NCBI GenBank assembly: GCA_964035545.1
Contig: OZ037768.1
Location: 15,297,875-15,361,874, forward strand
Direction: 5' to 3'
From: Bugula neritina
Lineage: Eukaryota; Animalia; Bryozoa
DNA length: 64,000 nt
This document shows positions 1 through 12,080 of the stretch, piece after piece. Numbering within the stretch: position 1 is the first letter of the stretch; each line of letters starts with the position of its first letter. Made by a program: the position numbers and the translations under genes. Below the pieces are notes generated by a model, which had not been told where the DNA came from, ran no database searches, and worked only from the letters and a program-made list of their open reading frames with translations.

Positions 1-3000
1 AAAAAGTGCCCAAAGGTGCTAAAAAGTGCCTAAATGTGCCTAAATGTGCTGAAAAGTGCCCAAATGTGCTAAAAAGTGCCGAAATGTGCCTAAATGTGCT
101 GAAAGTGCCTAAATGTGCTAAAAGTGCCCAAATGTGCTAAAAAGTGCGCAAATGTGCCTAAATGTGCTGAAAGTGCCTAAATGTGCTAAAAAGTGCCCAA
201 ATGTGATGAAAGCGCCAAAGTGTGCTGAAAAATGCCCAAATGTGCTAAAAAGTGCCTAAATGTGCCTAAATGTGCTAAAAGTGCCTAAACATGCTAAAAA
301 GGGCCTAAATGTGCCCAAATGTGCCAAAAGTGCCTTAATGTGCTGAAAAGTGCCCAAATGTGCTAAAAAGTGCCCAAATGTGCCTAAATGCGCTGAAAGT
401 GCCTAAATGTTCTGAAAAGTGCCCAAATGTGCTAAAATGTGCCTAAATGTGCCTAAATGTGCTAAAAGTGCCTAAACGTGCTAAAAAGGACCTAAATGTG
501 CTCAAAAGTGCCCAAAGGTGCTAAAAAGTGCCTAAATGTGCCTAAATGTGCTGAAAGTGCCTAAAAGTGCCTAAATGTGCCTAAATGTGCTGAAAAGTGC
601 CCAAATGTGCTAAAAAGTGCCCAAATGTGCCTAAATGTGCTGAAAGTGCCTAAACATGCTAAAAGTGCCCAAATGTGCTGGAAAGTGCTTAAAAGCACCT
701 AAATGTGCTGAACAGTGCCTAAATGTGCTAAAAGCGCCTAAATGTGCTGAAAAGTGCCCAAATGTGCTAAAAAGTGCCTAAATGTGCTAAAAGTGCCCAA
801 ATGTGCTGGAAAGTGCCTAAAAGTGCCTAATTGCGCTAAACAGTGCCTAAATGTGCCTAAATGTGATAAAAGTGCCTAAATGTGCTAAAAAGTGCCCAAA
901 TGTGCTAAAAGCGCCAAAATGTGCTGGAAAGTGCCTAAAACTGCCTGATTGTGCTAAACAGTGCCTAAAGGTGCCTAAATGTGCTAAAAGTGCCTAAACG
1001 TGCTAAAAAGAGCCTAAATGTGCTAAAAAGTGCCCAAAGGTGCTAAAAGCGCCTAAATGTGCTAAAAGTGCCTGAACGTGCTAAAAAGTGCCTAAAAGTG
1101 CCTAAATGTGCTAAACAGTGCCTAAATGTGCCTAAACGTGCTAAAAGTACCTTAATGTGCTGAAAAGTGCCCAAATGTGCTAAAAAGTGCCCAAATGTGC
1201 CTAAATGTGCTGAGTGCCTAAATGTGCTAAAAAGTGCCCAAATGTGATGAAACCGCCAAAATGTGCTGAAAAATGCCCAAATGTGCTAAAAAGTGCCTAA
1301 ATGTGCCTAAATGTGCTAAAAGTGCCTAAACGTGCTAAAAAGGGCCTAAATGTGCCTAAATGTGCTGAAAGTGCCTAAAAGTGCCTAAATGTGCTAAAAA
1401 TGGCCTAAAAGTGCGTAAAAGTGCCTAAATGTGCTAAAAATTGGTTAAATGTGCTAAAAAGTGCCCAAATGTGCTGAAAAGTGCCTCAATGTGCCTAAAT
1501 GTGCTAAAAGTGCCCAAATGTGCTGGAAAGTGCCTAAATTTGCTAAGTGCCCAAACGTGCTGCAAAGTGCCTAAAAGTGTCTTAATGTGCTAAAAAGTGG
1601 CTAAATGTGCCTAAATGTGCTAAAAGTGCACAAATGTGCTGGAAAGTGCCTAAAAGTGCCTAATTGCGCTAAACAGTGCCTAAATGTGCCTAAATGTGAT
1701 AAAAGTGCCTAAATGTGCTAAAAAGTGCCCAAATGTGCTAAAAGCGCCAAAATGTGCTGGAAAGTGCCTAACTCTGCCTGATTGTGCTAAACAGTGCCTA
1801 AAGGTGCCCAAACGTGCTAAAAGTGCCTTAATGTGCTGAAAAGTGCCCAAATGTGCCTAAATGTGCTAAAAGTGCCCAAATCTGCTGGAAAGTGCTTAAA
1901 AGTACCTAAATGTGCTGAACAGTGCCTATATTTGCCCAAATATGCTGAAAAGTGCCTAAATGTGCTGAAAAGTGCCCAAATGGGCTAAAAAGTGCCCAAA
2001 TGTGCCTAAATGTGCTGAAAGTGACCAAATTTGCTAAAAATGCCCAAATGTGCTAAAAAGTGCCTAAATGTGCCTAAATGTGCTAAAAGTGCCTAAACGT
2101 GCTAAAAAGGGCCTAAATGTTCCTAAATGTGCTGAAAGTGCCTAAAAGTGCCTAAATGTGCTAAACAGTGCCTAAATGTGCCTAAACGTGCTAAAAGTGC
2201 CTTAATGTGCTGAAAAGTGCCCAAATGTGCTAAAAAGTGCCCAAATGTGCCTAAATGTGCTGAGTGCCTAAATGTGCTAAAAAGTGCCCAAATGTGATGA
2301 AACCGCCAAAATGTGCTGAAAAATGCCCAAATGTGCTAAAAAGTGCCTAAATGTGCCTAAATGTGCTAAAAGTGCCTAAACGTGCTAAAAAGGGCCTAAA
2401 TGTGCCTAAATGTGCTGAAAATGCCTAAAAGTGCCTAAATGTGCTAAAAATGGCCTAAAAGTGCGTAAAAGTGCCTAAATGTGCTAAAAATTGGGTAAAT
2501 GTGCTAAAAAGTGCCCAAATGTACTGAAAAGTGCCTAAATGTGCTAAAAAATGCCCAAATGTGCTAAAAGCGCCAAAATGTGCTGGAAAGTGCCTAAATC
2601 TGCCTGATTGTGCTAAACAGTGCCTAAAGGTGCCTAAACGTGCTAAAAGTGCCTTAATGTGCTGAAAAGTGCCCAAATGTGCCTAAATGTGCTAAAAGTG
2701 CCCAAATCTGCTGGAAAGTGCCTAAAAGTAGCTAAATGTGCTGAACAGTGCCTAAATTTGCCCAAATATGCTGAAAAGTGCCTAAATGTGCTGAAAAGTG
2801 CCCAAATGGGCTAAAAAGTGCCCAAATGTGCATAAATGTGCTGAAAAGTGCCCAAATGGGCTAAAAAGTGCCCAAATGTGCCTAAATGCGCTGAAAGTGC
2901 CCAAATGTGCTAAAAATGCCCAAATGTGCTGGAAAGTGCCTAAAAGTGCCTAAATGTGCTAAAAATGGCCTAAGTGCGTAAAAGTGCCTAAATGCGCTGA

Positions 3001-3699
3001 AAATTGGATAAATGTGCTAAAAAGTGCCCAAATGTGCTGAAAGTGCCTAAATGTGCTAAAAGTGCCCAAATGTGCTGGAAAGTGCCTAAATGTGCTAAAA
3101 GCGCCCAAACGTGCTGCAAAGTGCCTAAAAGTGCCTAAATGTGCTAAACAGTGCCTAAATGTGCCTAAACGTGCTAAAAGTGCCTTAATGTGCTGAAAAG
3201 TGCCCAAATGTGCTAAAAAGTGCCCAAATGTGCCTAAATGTGCTGAGTGCCTGAATGTGCTAAAAAGTGTCCAAATGTGATGAAACCGCCAAATGTGCTG
3301 AAAAATGCCCAAATGTGCTAAAAAGTGCCTAAATGTGCCTAAATGTGCTAAAAGTGCCTAAACGTGCTAAAAAGGGCCTAAATGTGCCTAAATGTGCTGA
3401 AAGTGCTTAAAAGTGCCTAAATGTGCTAAAAATGGCCTAAAAGTGCGTAAAAGTGCCTAAATGTGCTAAAAATTGGATAAATGTGCTAAAAAGTGCCCAA
3501 ATGTGCTGAAAAGTGCCTAAATGTGCTAGAAATTGGATAAATGTGCTAAAAAGTGCCCAAACGTGCTGAAAAGTGCCTAAATGTGCCTAAATGTGCTAAA
3601 AGTGCCCAAATGTGCTGGAAAGTGCCTAAATTTGCTAAGTGCCCAAACGTTCTGCAAAGTGCCTAAAAGAGCCTAAATGTGCTAAACAGTGCCTAAATG

Positions 3700-6600
3700 T
3701 GCCTAAACGTGCTAAAAGTACCTTAATGTGCTGAAAAGTGCCCAAATGTGCTAAAAAGTGCCCAAATGTGTCTAAATGTGCTGAGTGCCTAAATGTGCTA
3801 AAAAGTGCCCAAATGTGATGAAAGCGCCAAAATGTGCTGAAAAATGCCCAAATGTGCTAAAAAGTGCCTAAATGTGCCTAAATGTGCTAAAAGTGCCTAA
3901 ACGTGCTAAAAAGGGCCTAAATGTGCCTAAATGTGCTGAAAGTGCCTAAAAGTGCCTAAATGTGCTAAAAATGGCCTAAAAGTGCGTAAAAGTGCCTAAA
4001 TGTGCTAAAAATTGGGTAAATGTGCTAAAAAGTGCCCAAATGTGCTGAAAAGTGCCTAAATGTGCTAAAAAGTGCCCAAATGTGCTAAAAGCGCCAAAAT
4101 GTGCTGGAAAGTGCCTAATCTGCCTGATTGTGCTAAACAGTGCCTAAAGGTGCCTAAACGTGCTAAAAGTGCCTTAATGTGCTGAAAAGTGCCCAAATGT
4201 GCCTAAATGTGCTAAAAGTGCCCAAATCTGCTGGAAAGTGCCTAAAAGTAGCTAAATGTGCTGAACAGTGCCTAAATTTGCCCAAATATGCTGGAAAGTG
4301 CCTAAAAGTACCTAAATGTGCTGAACAGTGCCTAAATTTGCCCAAATATGCTGAAAAGTGCCCAAATGTGCAGAAAAGTGCCCAAATGGGCTAAAAAGTG
4401 CCCAAATGTGCCTAAATGTGCTGAAAGTGCCCAAATGTGTTAAAAATGCCCAAATGTGCTGGAAAGTGCCTAAAAGTGCCTAAATGTGCTAAAAATGGCC
4501 TAAGTGCGTAAAAGTGCCTAAATGTGCTGAAAATTGGATAAATGTGCTAAAAAGTGCCCAAATGTGTTAAAAATGCCCAAATGTGCTGGGAAGTGCCTAA
4601 AAGTGCCTAAATGTGCTAAAAAGTGCCCAAATGTGCTGAAAAGTGCCTGAATGTGCTAAAAGTGTCTAAATGTGCTAAAAAGTGGCTAAATGTGCCTAAA
4701 TGTGCTAAAAGTGCCAAAATGTGCTGGAAAGTGCCTAAATTTGCTAAGTGCCCAAACGTGCTGCAAAGTGCCTAAAAGTGCCTAAATGTGCTAAACAGTG
4801 CCTAAATGTGCCTAAATGTGCTAAAAGTGCCTCAATGTGCTAAAAGTCCCTAAATGTGCTGAAAAGTGCCTAAATGTGCTAAAAAGTGGCTAAATGTGCC
4901 TAAATGTGCTAAAAGTGCACAAACGTGCTGGAAAGTGCCTAAAAGTGCCTAATTGCGCTAAACAGTGCCTAAATGTGCCTAAATGTGATAAAAGTGCCTA
5001 AATGTGCTAAAAAGTGCCCAAATGTGCTAAAAGCGCCAAAATGTGCTGGAAAGTGCCTAAATCTGCCTAATTGTGCTAAACAGTGCCTAAAGGTGCCTAA
5101 ACGTGCTAAAAGTGCCTCAATGTGCTGAAAAGTGCCCAAATGTGCCTAAATGTGCTAAAAGTGCCCAAATCTGCTGGAAAGTGCTTAAAAGTACCTAAAT
5201 GTGCTGAACAGTGCCTAAATTTGCCCAAATATGCTGAAAAGTGCCTAAATGTGCTGAAAAGTGCCCAAATGGGCTAAAAAGTGCCCAAATGTGCCTAAAT
5301 GTGCTGAAAGTGCCCAAATGTGCTAAAAATGCCCAAATGTGCTAAAAAGTGCCTAAATGTGCCTAAATGTGCTAAAAGTGCCTAAACGTGCTAAAAAGGG
5401 CCTAAATGTGCCTAAATGTGCTGAAAGTGCCTAAAAGTGCCTCAATGTGCTAAACAGTGCCTAAATGTGCCTAAACGTGCTAAAAGTGCCTTAATGTGCT
5501 GAAAAGTGCCCAAATGTGCTAAAAAGTGCCCAAATGTGCCTAAATGTGCTGAGTGCCTAAATGTGCTAAAAAGTGCCCAAATGTGATGAAACCGCCAAAA
5601 TGTGCTGAAAAATGCCCAAATGTGCTAAAAAGTGCCTAAATGTGCCTAAATGTGCTAAAAGTGCCAAAACGTGCTAAAAAGGGCCTAAATGTGCCTAAAT
5701 GTGCTGAAAGTGCCTAAAAGTGCCTAAATGTGCTAAAAATGGCCTAAAAGTGCGTAAAAGTGCCTAAATGTGCTAAAAGTTGGGTAAATGTGCTAAAAAG
5801 TGCCCAAATGTGCTGAAAAATGCCTAAATGTGCTAAAAAGTGCCCAAACGTGCTAAAAGCGCCAAAATGTGCTGGAAAGTGCCTAAATCTGCCTGATTGT
5901 GCTAAACAGTGCCTAAAGGTGCCTAAACGTGCTAAAAGTGCCCTAATGTGCTGAAAAGTGCCCAAATGTGCCTAAATGTGCTAAAAGTGCCCAAATCTGC
6001 TGGAAAGTGCCTAAAAGTACCTAAATGTGCTGAACAGTGCCTAAATTTGCCCAAATATGCTGAAAAGTGCCCAAATGTGCAGAAAAGTGCCCAAATGGGC
6101 TAAAAGTGCCCAAATGTGCCTAAATGTGCTGAAAGTGCCCAAATGTGTTAAAAATGCCCAAATGTGCTGGAAAGTGCCTAAAAGTGCCTAAATGTGCTAA
6201 AAATGGCCTAAGTGCGTAAAAGTGCCTAAATGGGCTGAAAACTGGATAAATGTGCTAAAAAGTGCCCAAATGTGTTAAAAATGCCCAAATGTGCTGGAAA
6301 GTGCCTAAAAGTGCCTAAATGTGCTAAAAAGTGCCCAAATGTGCTGAAAAGTGCCTAAATGTGCTAAAAAGTGTCTAAATGTGCTAAAAAGTGGCTAAAT
6401 GTGCCTAAATGTGCTAAAAGTGCCAAAATGTGCTGGAAAGTGCCTAAATTTGCTAAGTGCCCAAACGTGCTGCAAAGTGCCTAAAAGTGCCTAAATGTGC
6501 TAAACAGTGCCTAAATGTGCCTAAATGTGCTAAAAGTGCCTCAATGTGCTAAAAGTCCCTAAATGTGCTGAAAAGTGCCTTAATGTGCTAAAAAGTGGTT

Positions 6601-9500
6601 AAATGTGCCTAAATGTGCTAAAAGTGCACAAACGTGCTGGAAAGTGCCTAAAAGTGCCTAATTGCGCTAAACAGTGCCTAAATGTGCCTAAATGTGATAA
6701 AAGTGCCTAAATGTGCTAAAAAGTGCCCAAATGTGCTAAAAGCGCCAAAATGTGCTGGAAAGTGCCTAAATCTGCCTGATTGTGCTAAACAGTGCCTAAA
6801 GGTGCCTAAACGTGCTAGAAGTGCCTTAATGTGCTGAAAGTGCCCAAATGTGCCTAAATGTGCTAAAAGTGCCCAAATCTGCTGGAAAGTGCTTAAAAGT
6901 ACCTAAATGTGCTGAACAGTGCCTAAATTTGCCCAAATATGCTGAAAAGTGCCTAAATGTGCTGAAAAGTGCCCAAATGGGCTAAAAAGTGCCCAAATGT
7001 GCCTAAATGTGCTGAAAGTGCCCAAATGTGCTAAAAATGCCCAAATGTGCTAAAAAGTGCCTAAATGTGCCTAAATGTGCTAAAAGTGCCTAAACGTGCT
7101 AAAAAGGGCCTAAATGTGCCTAAATGTGCTGAAAGTGCCTAAAAGTGCCTAAATGTGCTAAACAGTGCCTAAATGTGCCTAAACGTGCTAAAAGTGCCTT
7201 AATGTGCTGAAAAGTGCCCAAATGTGCTAAAAAGTGCCCAAATGTGCCTAAATGTGCTGAGTGCCTAAATGTGCTAAAAAGTGCCCAAATGTGATGAAAC
7301 CGCCAAAATGTGCTGAAAAATGCCCAAATGTGCTAAAAAGTGCCTAAATGTGCCTAAATGTGCTAAAAGTGCCAAAACGTGCTAAAAAGGGCCTAAATGT
7401 GCCTAAATGTGCTGAAAGTGCCTAAAAGTGCCTAAATGTGCTGAAAATGGCCTAAAAGTGCGTAAAAGTGCCTAAATGGGCTAAAAATTGGGTAAATGTG
7501 CTAAAAAGTGCCCAAATGTGCTGAAAAGTGCCTAAATGTGCTAAAAAGTGCCCAAATGTGCCAAAAGCGCCAAAATGTGCTGGAAAGTGCCTAAATCTGC
7601 CTGATTGTGCTAAACAGTGCCTAAAGGTGCCTAAACGTGCTAAAAGTGCCTTAATGTGCTGAAAAGTGCCCAAATGTGCCTAAATGTGCTAAAAGTGCCC
7701 AAATCTGCTGGAAAGTGCCTAAAAGTAGCTAAATGTGCTGAACAGTGCCTAAATTTGCCCAAATATGCTGAAAAGTGCCTAAATGTGCTGAAAAGTGCCC
7801 AAATGGGCTAAAAAGTGCCCAAATGTGCCTAAATGTGCTGAAAGTGCCCAAATGTGCTAAAAATGCCCAAATGTGCTGGAAAGTGCCTAAAAGTGCCTAA
7901 ATGTGCTAAAAATGGCCTAAGTGCGTAAAAGTGCCTAAATATGCTGAAAATTGGATAAATGTGCTAAAAAGTGCCCAAATGTGCTGAAAGTGCCTAAATG
8001 TGCTAAAAGTGCCCAAATGTGCTGGAAAGTGCCTAAATGTGCTAAAAGTGCCCAAACGTGCTGCAAAGTGCCTAAAAGTGCCTAAATGTGCTAAACAGTC
8101 CCTAAATGTGCCTAAACGTGCTAAAAGTGCCTTAATGTGCTGAAAAGTGCCCAAATGTGCTAAAAAGTGTCTAAATGTGCTAAAAAGTCCCCAAATGTGC
8201 TGAAAAGTGCCTAAATGTGCTAAAAAGTGTCTAAATGTGCTAAAAAGTGGCTAAATGTGCCTAAATGTGCTAAAAGTGCACAAATGTGCTGGAAAGTGCC
8301 TAAAAGTGCCTAATTGCGCTAAACAGTGCCTAAATGTGCCTAAATGTGATAAAAGTGCCTAAATGTGCTAAAAAGTGCCCAAATGTGCTAAAAGCGCCAA
8401 AATGTGCTGGAAAGTGCCTAAATCTGCCTGATTGTGCTAAACAGTGCCTAAAGGTGCCTAAACGTGCTAAAAGTGCCTTAATGTGCTGAAAAGTGCCCAA
8501 ATGTGCCTAAATGTGCTAAAAGTGCCCAAATCTGCTGGAAAGTGCTTAAAAGTACCTAAATGTGCTGAACAGTGCCTAAATTTGCTCAAATATGCTGAAA
8601 AGTGCCTAATGTGCTGAAAAGTGCCCAAATGGGCTAAAAAGTGCCCAAATGTGCCTAAATGTGCTGAAAGTGCCCAAATGTGCTAAAAATGCCCAAATGT
8701 GCTAAAAAGTGCCTAAATGTGCCTAAGTGTGCTAAAAGTGCCTAAACGTGCTAAAAAGGGCCTAAATGTGCCTAAATGTGCTGAAAGTGCCTGAAAGTGC
8801 TTAAATGTGCTAAACAGTGCTTAAATGTGCCTAAACGTGCTAAAAGTGCCTTAATGTGCTGAAAAGTGCCCAAATGTGCTAAAAAGTGCCCAAATGTGCC
8901 TAAATGTGCTGAGTGCCTAAATGTGCTAAAAAGTGCCCAAATGTGATGAAACCGCCAAAATGTGCTGAAAAATGCCCAAATGTGCTAAAAAGTGCCTAAA
9001 TGTGCCTAAATGTGCTAAAAGTGCCTAAACGTGCTAAAAAGGGCCTAAATGTGCCTAAATGTGCTGAAAGTGCCTAAAAGTGCCTAAATGTGCTAAAAAT
9101 GGCCTAAAAGTGCGTAAAAGTGCCTAAATGTGCTAAAAATTGGGTAAATGTGCTAAAAAGTGCCCAAATGTGCTGAAAAGTGCCTAAATGTGCTAAAAAG
9201 TGCCCAAATGTGCTAAAAGCGCCAAAATGTGCTGGAAAGTGCCTAAATCTGCCTGATTGTGCTAAACAGTGCCTAAAGGTGCCTAAACGTGCTAAAAGTG
9301 CCTTAATGTGCTGAAAAGTGCCCAAATGTGCCTAAATGTGCTAAAAGTGCCCAAATCTGCCGGAAAGTGCTTAAAAGTACCTAATGTGCTGAACAGTGCC
9401 TAAATTTGCCCAAATATGCTGAAAAGTGCCTAAATGTGCTGAAAAGTGCCCAAATGGGCTAAAAAGTGCCCAAATGTGCCTAAATGTGCTGAAAGTGCCC
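3700..9500 (+). repeat. ~1.7-kb higher-order repeat within satellite A (about 3.4 imperfect copies)
   Basis: The rare word TGAGTGCC lies at 3782, 5550, 7258 and 8910 (spacings 1768, 1708, 1652). TAAAAGTCCC lies at 4841 and 6550 (1709). Near-identical spurious ORFs have left coordinates 5744, 7452 and 9104. The 1768 spacing equals 1708 plus the local 60-bp duplication. Confidence 0.85.
4231..4350 (+). repeat. Local 60-bp tandem duplication in satellite A
   Basis: CTGGAAAGTGCCTAAAAGTA(G/C)CTAAATGTGCTGAACAGTGCCTAAATTTGCCCAAATATG occurs at 4231-4290 and 4291-4350 with one mismatch. Confidence 0.92.
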
Positions 9501-11730
9501 AATGTGCTAAAAATGCCCAAATGTGCTGGAAAGTGCCTAAAAGTGCCTAAATGTGCTAAAAATGGCCTAAGTGCGTAAAAGTGCCTAAATGTGCTAAAAT
9601 TGGATAAATGTGCTAAAAAGTGCCCAAAGGTGCTGAAAGTGCCTAAATGTGCCTACATGTGCTAAAAGTGCCCAAATGTGCTGGAAAGTGCCTAAATGTG
9701 CTAAAAGTGCCCAAACGTGCTGCAAAGTGCCTAAAAGTGCCTAAATGTGCTAAACAGTGCCTAAATGTGCCTAAACGTGCTAAAAGTACCTTAATGTGCT
9801 GAAAAGTGCCCAAATGTGCTAAAAAGTGCCCAAATGTGCCTAAATGTGCTGAGTGCCTAAATGTGCTAAGAAGTGCCCAAATGTGATGAAAGCGCCAAAA
9901 TGTGCTGAAAAATGCCCAAATGTGCTAAAAAGTGCCTAAATGTGCCTAAATGTGCCTAAATGTGCTAAAAGTGCCCAAATGTGCTAAAAAGTGCCTAAAT
10001 GTGCCTAAATGTGCTAAAAGTGCCTCAATGGGCTGAAAAGTACCCAAATGTGCTAAAAAGTGCCTAAATGTGCTAAAAAGTGTCTAAATGTGCTGAAAAG
10101 TGGCTAAATGTGCCTAAATGTGCTAAAAGTGCACAAATGTGCTGGAAAGTGCCTAAAAGTGCCTAATTGCGCTAAACAGTGCCTAAATGTGCCTAAATGT
10201 GATAAAAGTGCCTAAATGTGCTAAAAAGTGCCCAAATGTGCTAAAAGCGCCAAAATGTGCTGGAAAGTGCCTAAATCTGCCTGATTGTGCTAAACAGTGC
10301 CTAAAGGTGCCTAAACGTGCTAAAAGTGCCTTAATGTGCTGAAAAGTGCCCAAATGTGCCTAAATGTGCTAAAAGTGCCCAAATCTGCTGGAAAGTGCCT
10401 AAAAGTACCTAAATGTGCTGAACAGTGCCTAAATTTGCCCAAATATGCTGAAAAGTGCCTAAATGTGCCTAAATGTGCTGAAAGTGCCCAAATGTGCTAA
10501 AAATGCCTAAATGTGCTAAAAAGTGCCCAAATGTGAGGAAAGCGCCAAAGTGTGCTGGAAAATGCCCAAATGTGCTAAAAAGTGCCTAAATGTGCCTAAA
10601 TGTGCTAAAAATGGCCTAAAAGTGCGTAAAAGTGCCTAAAAGTGCTGGAAATTGGATAAATGTGCTAAAAAGTGCCCAAACGTGCTGAAAAGTGCCTAAA
10701 TGTGCCTAAATGTGCCTAAATGTGCTAAAAGTGCCAAAATGTGCTGGAAAGTGCCTAAATTTGCTAAGTGCCCAAACGTGCTGCAAAGTGCCTAAAAGTG
10801 CCTAAATGTGCTAAACAGTGCCTAAATGTGCCTAAATGTGCTAAAAGTGCCTCAATGTGCTAAAAAGTCCCTAAATGTGCTGAAAAGTGCCTAAATGTGC
10901 TAAAAAATGTCTTAATGTGCTAAAAAGTGGCTAAATGTGCCTAAATGTGCTAAAAGTGCACAAATGTGCTGGAAAGTGCCTAAAAGTGCCTAATTGCGCT
11001 AAACAGTGCCTAAATGTGCCTAAATGTGATAAAAGTGCCTAAATGTGCTAAAAAGTGCCCAAATGTGCTAAAAGCGCCAAAATGTGCTGGAAAGTGCCTA
11101 AATCTGCCTGATTGTGCTAAACAGTGCCTAAAGGTGCCTAAACGTGCTAAAAGTGCCTTAATGTGCTGAAAAGTGCCCAAATGTGCCTAAATGTGCTAAA
11201 AGTGCCCAAATCTGCTGGAAAGTGCTTAAAAGTACCTAAATGTGCTGAACAGTGCCTAAATTTGCCCAAATATGCTGAAAAGTGCCTAAATGTGCTGAAA
11301 GTGCCCAAATGTGCTAAAAATGCCCAAATGTGCTGGAAAGTGCCTAAAAGTGCTTAAATGTGCTAAAAATGGCCTAAGTGCGTAAAAGTGCCTAAATGTG
11401 CTAAAAATTGGATAAATGTGCTAAAAAGTGCCCTAATGTGCTGAAAGTGCCTAAATGTGCCTAAATGTGCTAAAAGTGCCTAAACGTGCTAAAAAGGGCC
11501 TAAATGTGCCTAAATGTGCTGAAAGTGCGTAAAAGTACTTAAATGTGCTAAAAATTGGATAAATGTGCTAAAAAGTGCCCAAATGTGCTGAAAAGTGCCT
11601 AAATGTGCTAAAAGTGCCTTAATGTGCTGAAAAGTGCCCAAATGTGCTAAAAAGGGCCTAAATGTGCCTAAATGTCCTAAAAGTGCCTAAATGTGCTAAA
11701 AGCGCCTAAATGTGCTGAAAAGTGCCCAAA

Positions 11731-11890
11731 TGTGCTAAAAAGTGTCTGAATGTGCTGAAAAGTGCCCAAATGTGCTAAAAAGTACCTAAATGTGCTAAAA
11801 AGTGTCCAAATGTGCTAAAAAGTGTCTGAATGTGCTGAAAAGTGCCCAAATGTGCTAAAAAATACCTAAATGTGCTAAAAAGTGTCCAAA
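11731..11890 (+). repeat. Local 80-bp tandem duplication near the right edge of satellite A
   Basis: 11731-11810 and 11811-11890 match except AGTACC vs AATACC. They carry the words AGTGTCTGAA and AGTGTCCAAA in strict 20-bp period. Confidence 0.9.
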
Positions 11891-12050
11891 TGTGCTAAAA
11901 AGTGCCTAAATGTGCTGAAAGTGCCTAAATGTGCTAAAAGTGCCCAAATGTGCTGGAAAGTGCCTAAAAGTGCCTAATTGTGCTAAACAGTGCCTAAATA
12001 TGCCTAAATGTGCTAAAAGTGCCTAAATGTGCTAAAAAGTGCCTAAATGT

Positions 12051-12080
12051 CCTAAAAAGTGCAATATACTGCAACATACT
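12051..12080 (+). other. Abrupt satellite A / satellite B junction with 3-bp TGC overlap (12060-12062)
   Basis: Sequence reads CCTAAAAAG-TGC-AATATACTGCAACATACT. TGC fits both AAAAAGTGC (A) and TGCAATATAC (B). There is no spacer or interleaving. Confidence 0.95.

Larger units (their letters stand above)
1..12062 (+). repeat. Satellite A: degenerate ~10-bp tandem repeat (AAATGTGCCT / AAATGTGCTA / AAAAGTGCCY, with frequent 9-bp AAAGTGCCY units), single orientation, runs off the left edge of the window
   Basis: Continuous GTGC-centred units separated by A-tracts from base 1 to ...CCTAAAAAGTGC at 12062. No unique sequence seen. Confidence 0.98.

Noticed and set aside
2455-11357. Short HLGTF/LKVPK-type ORFs in satellite A
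   Set aside because: They are chance stop-free runs through the repeat. CTAA supplies stops on both strands, and the ORFs recur only because the HOR recurs.
1-12062. Canonical telomerase-made telomere tract
   Set aside because: No uninterrupted (TTAGGC)n, (TTAGG)n or (TTTAGGG)n run. Variants are inherited in kb-scale blocks, which indicates recombinational amplification.
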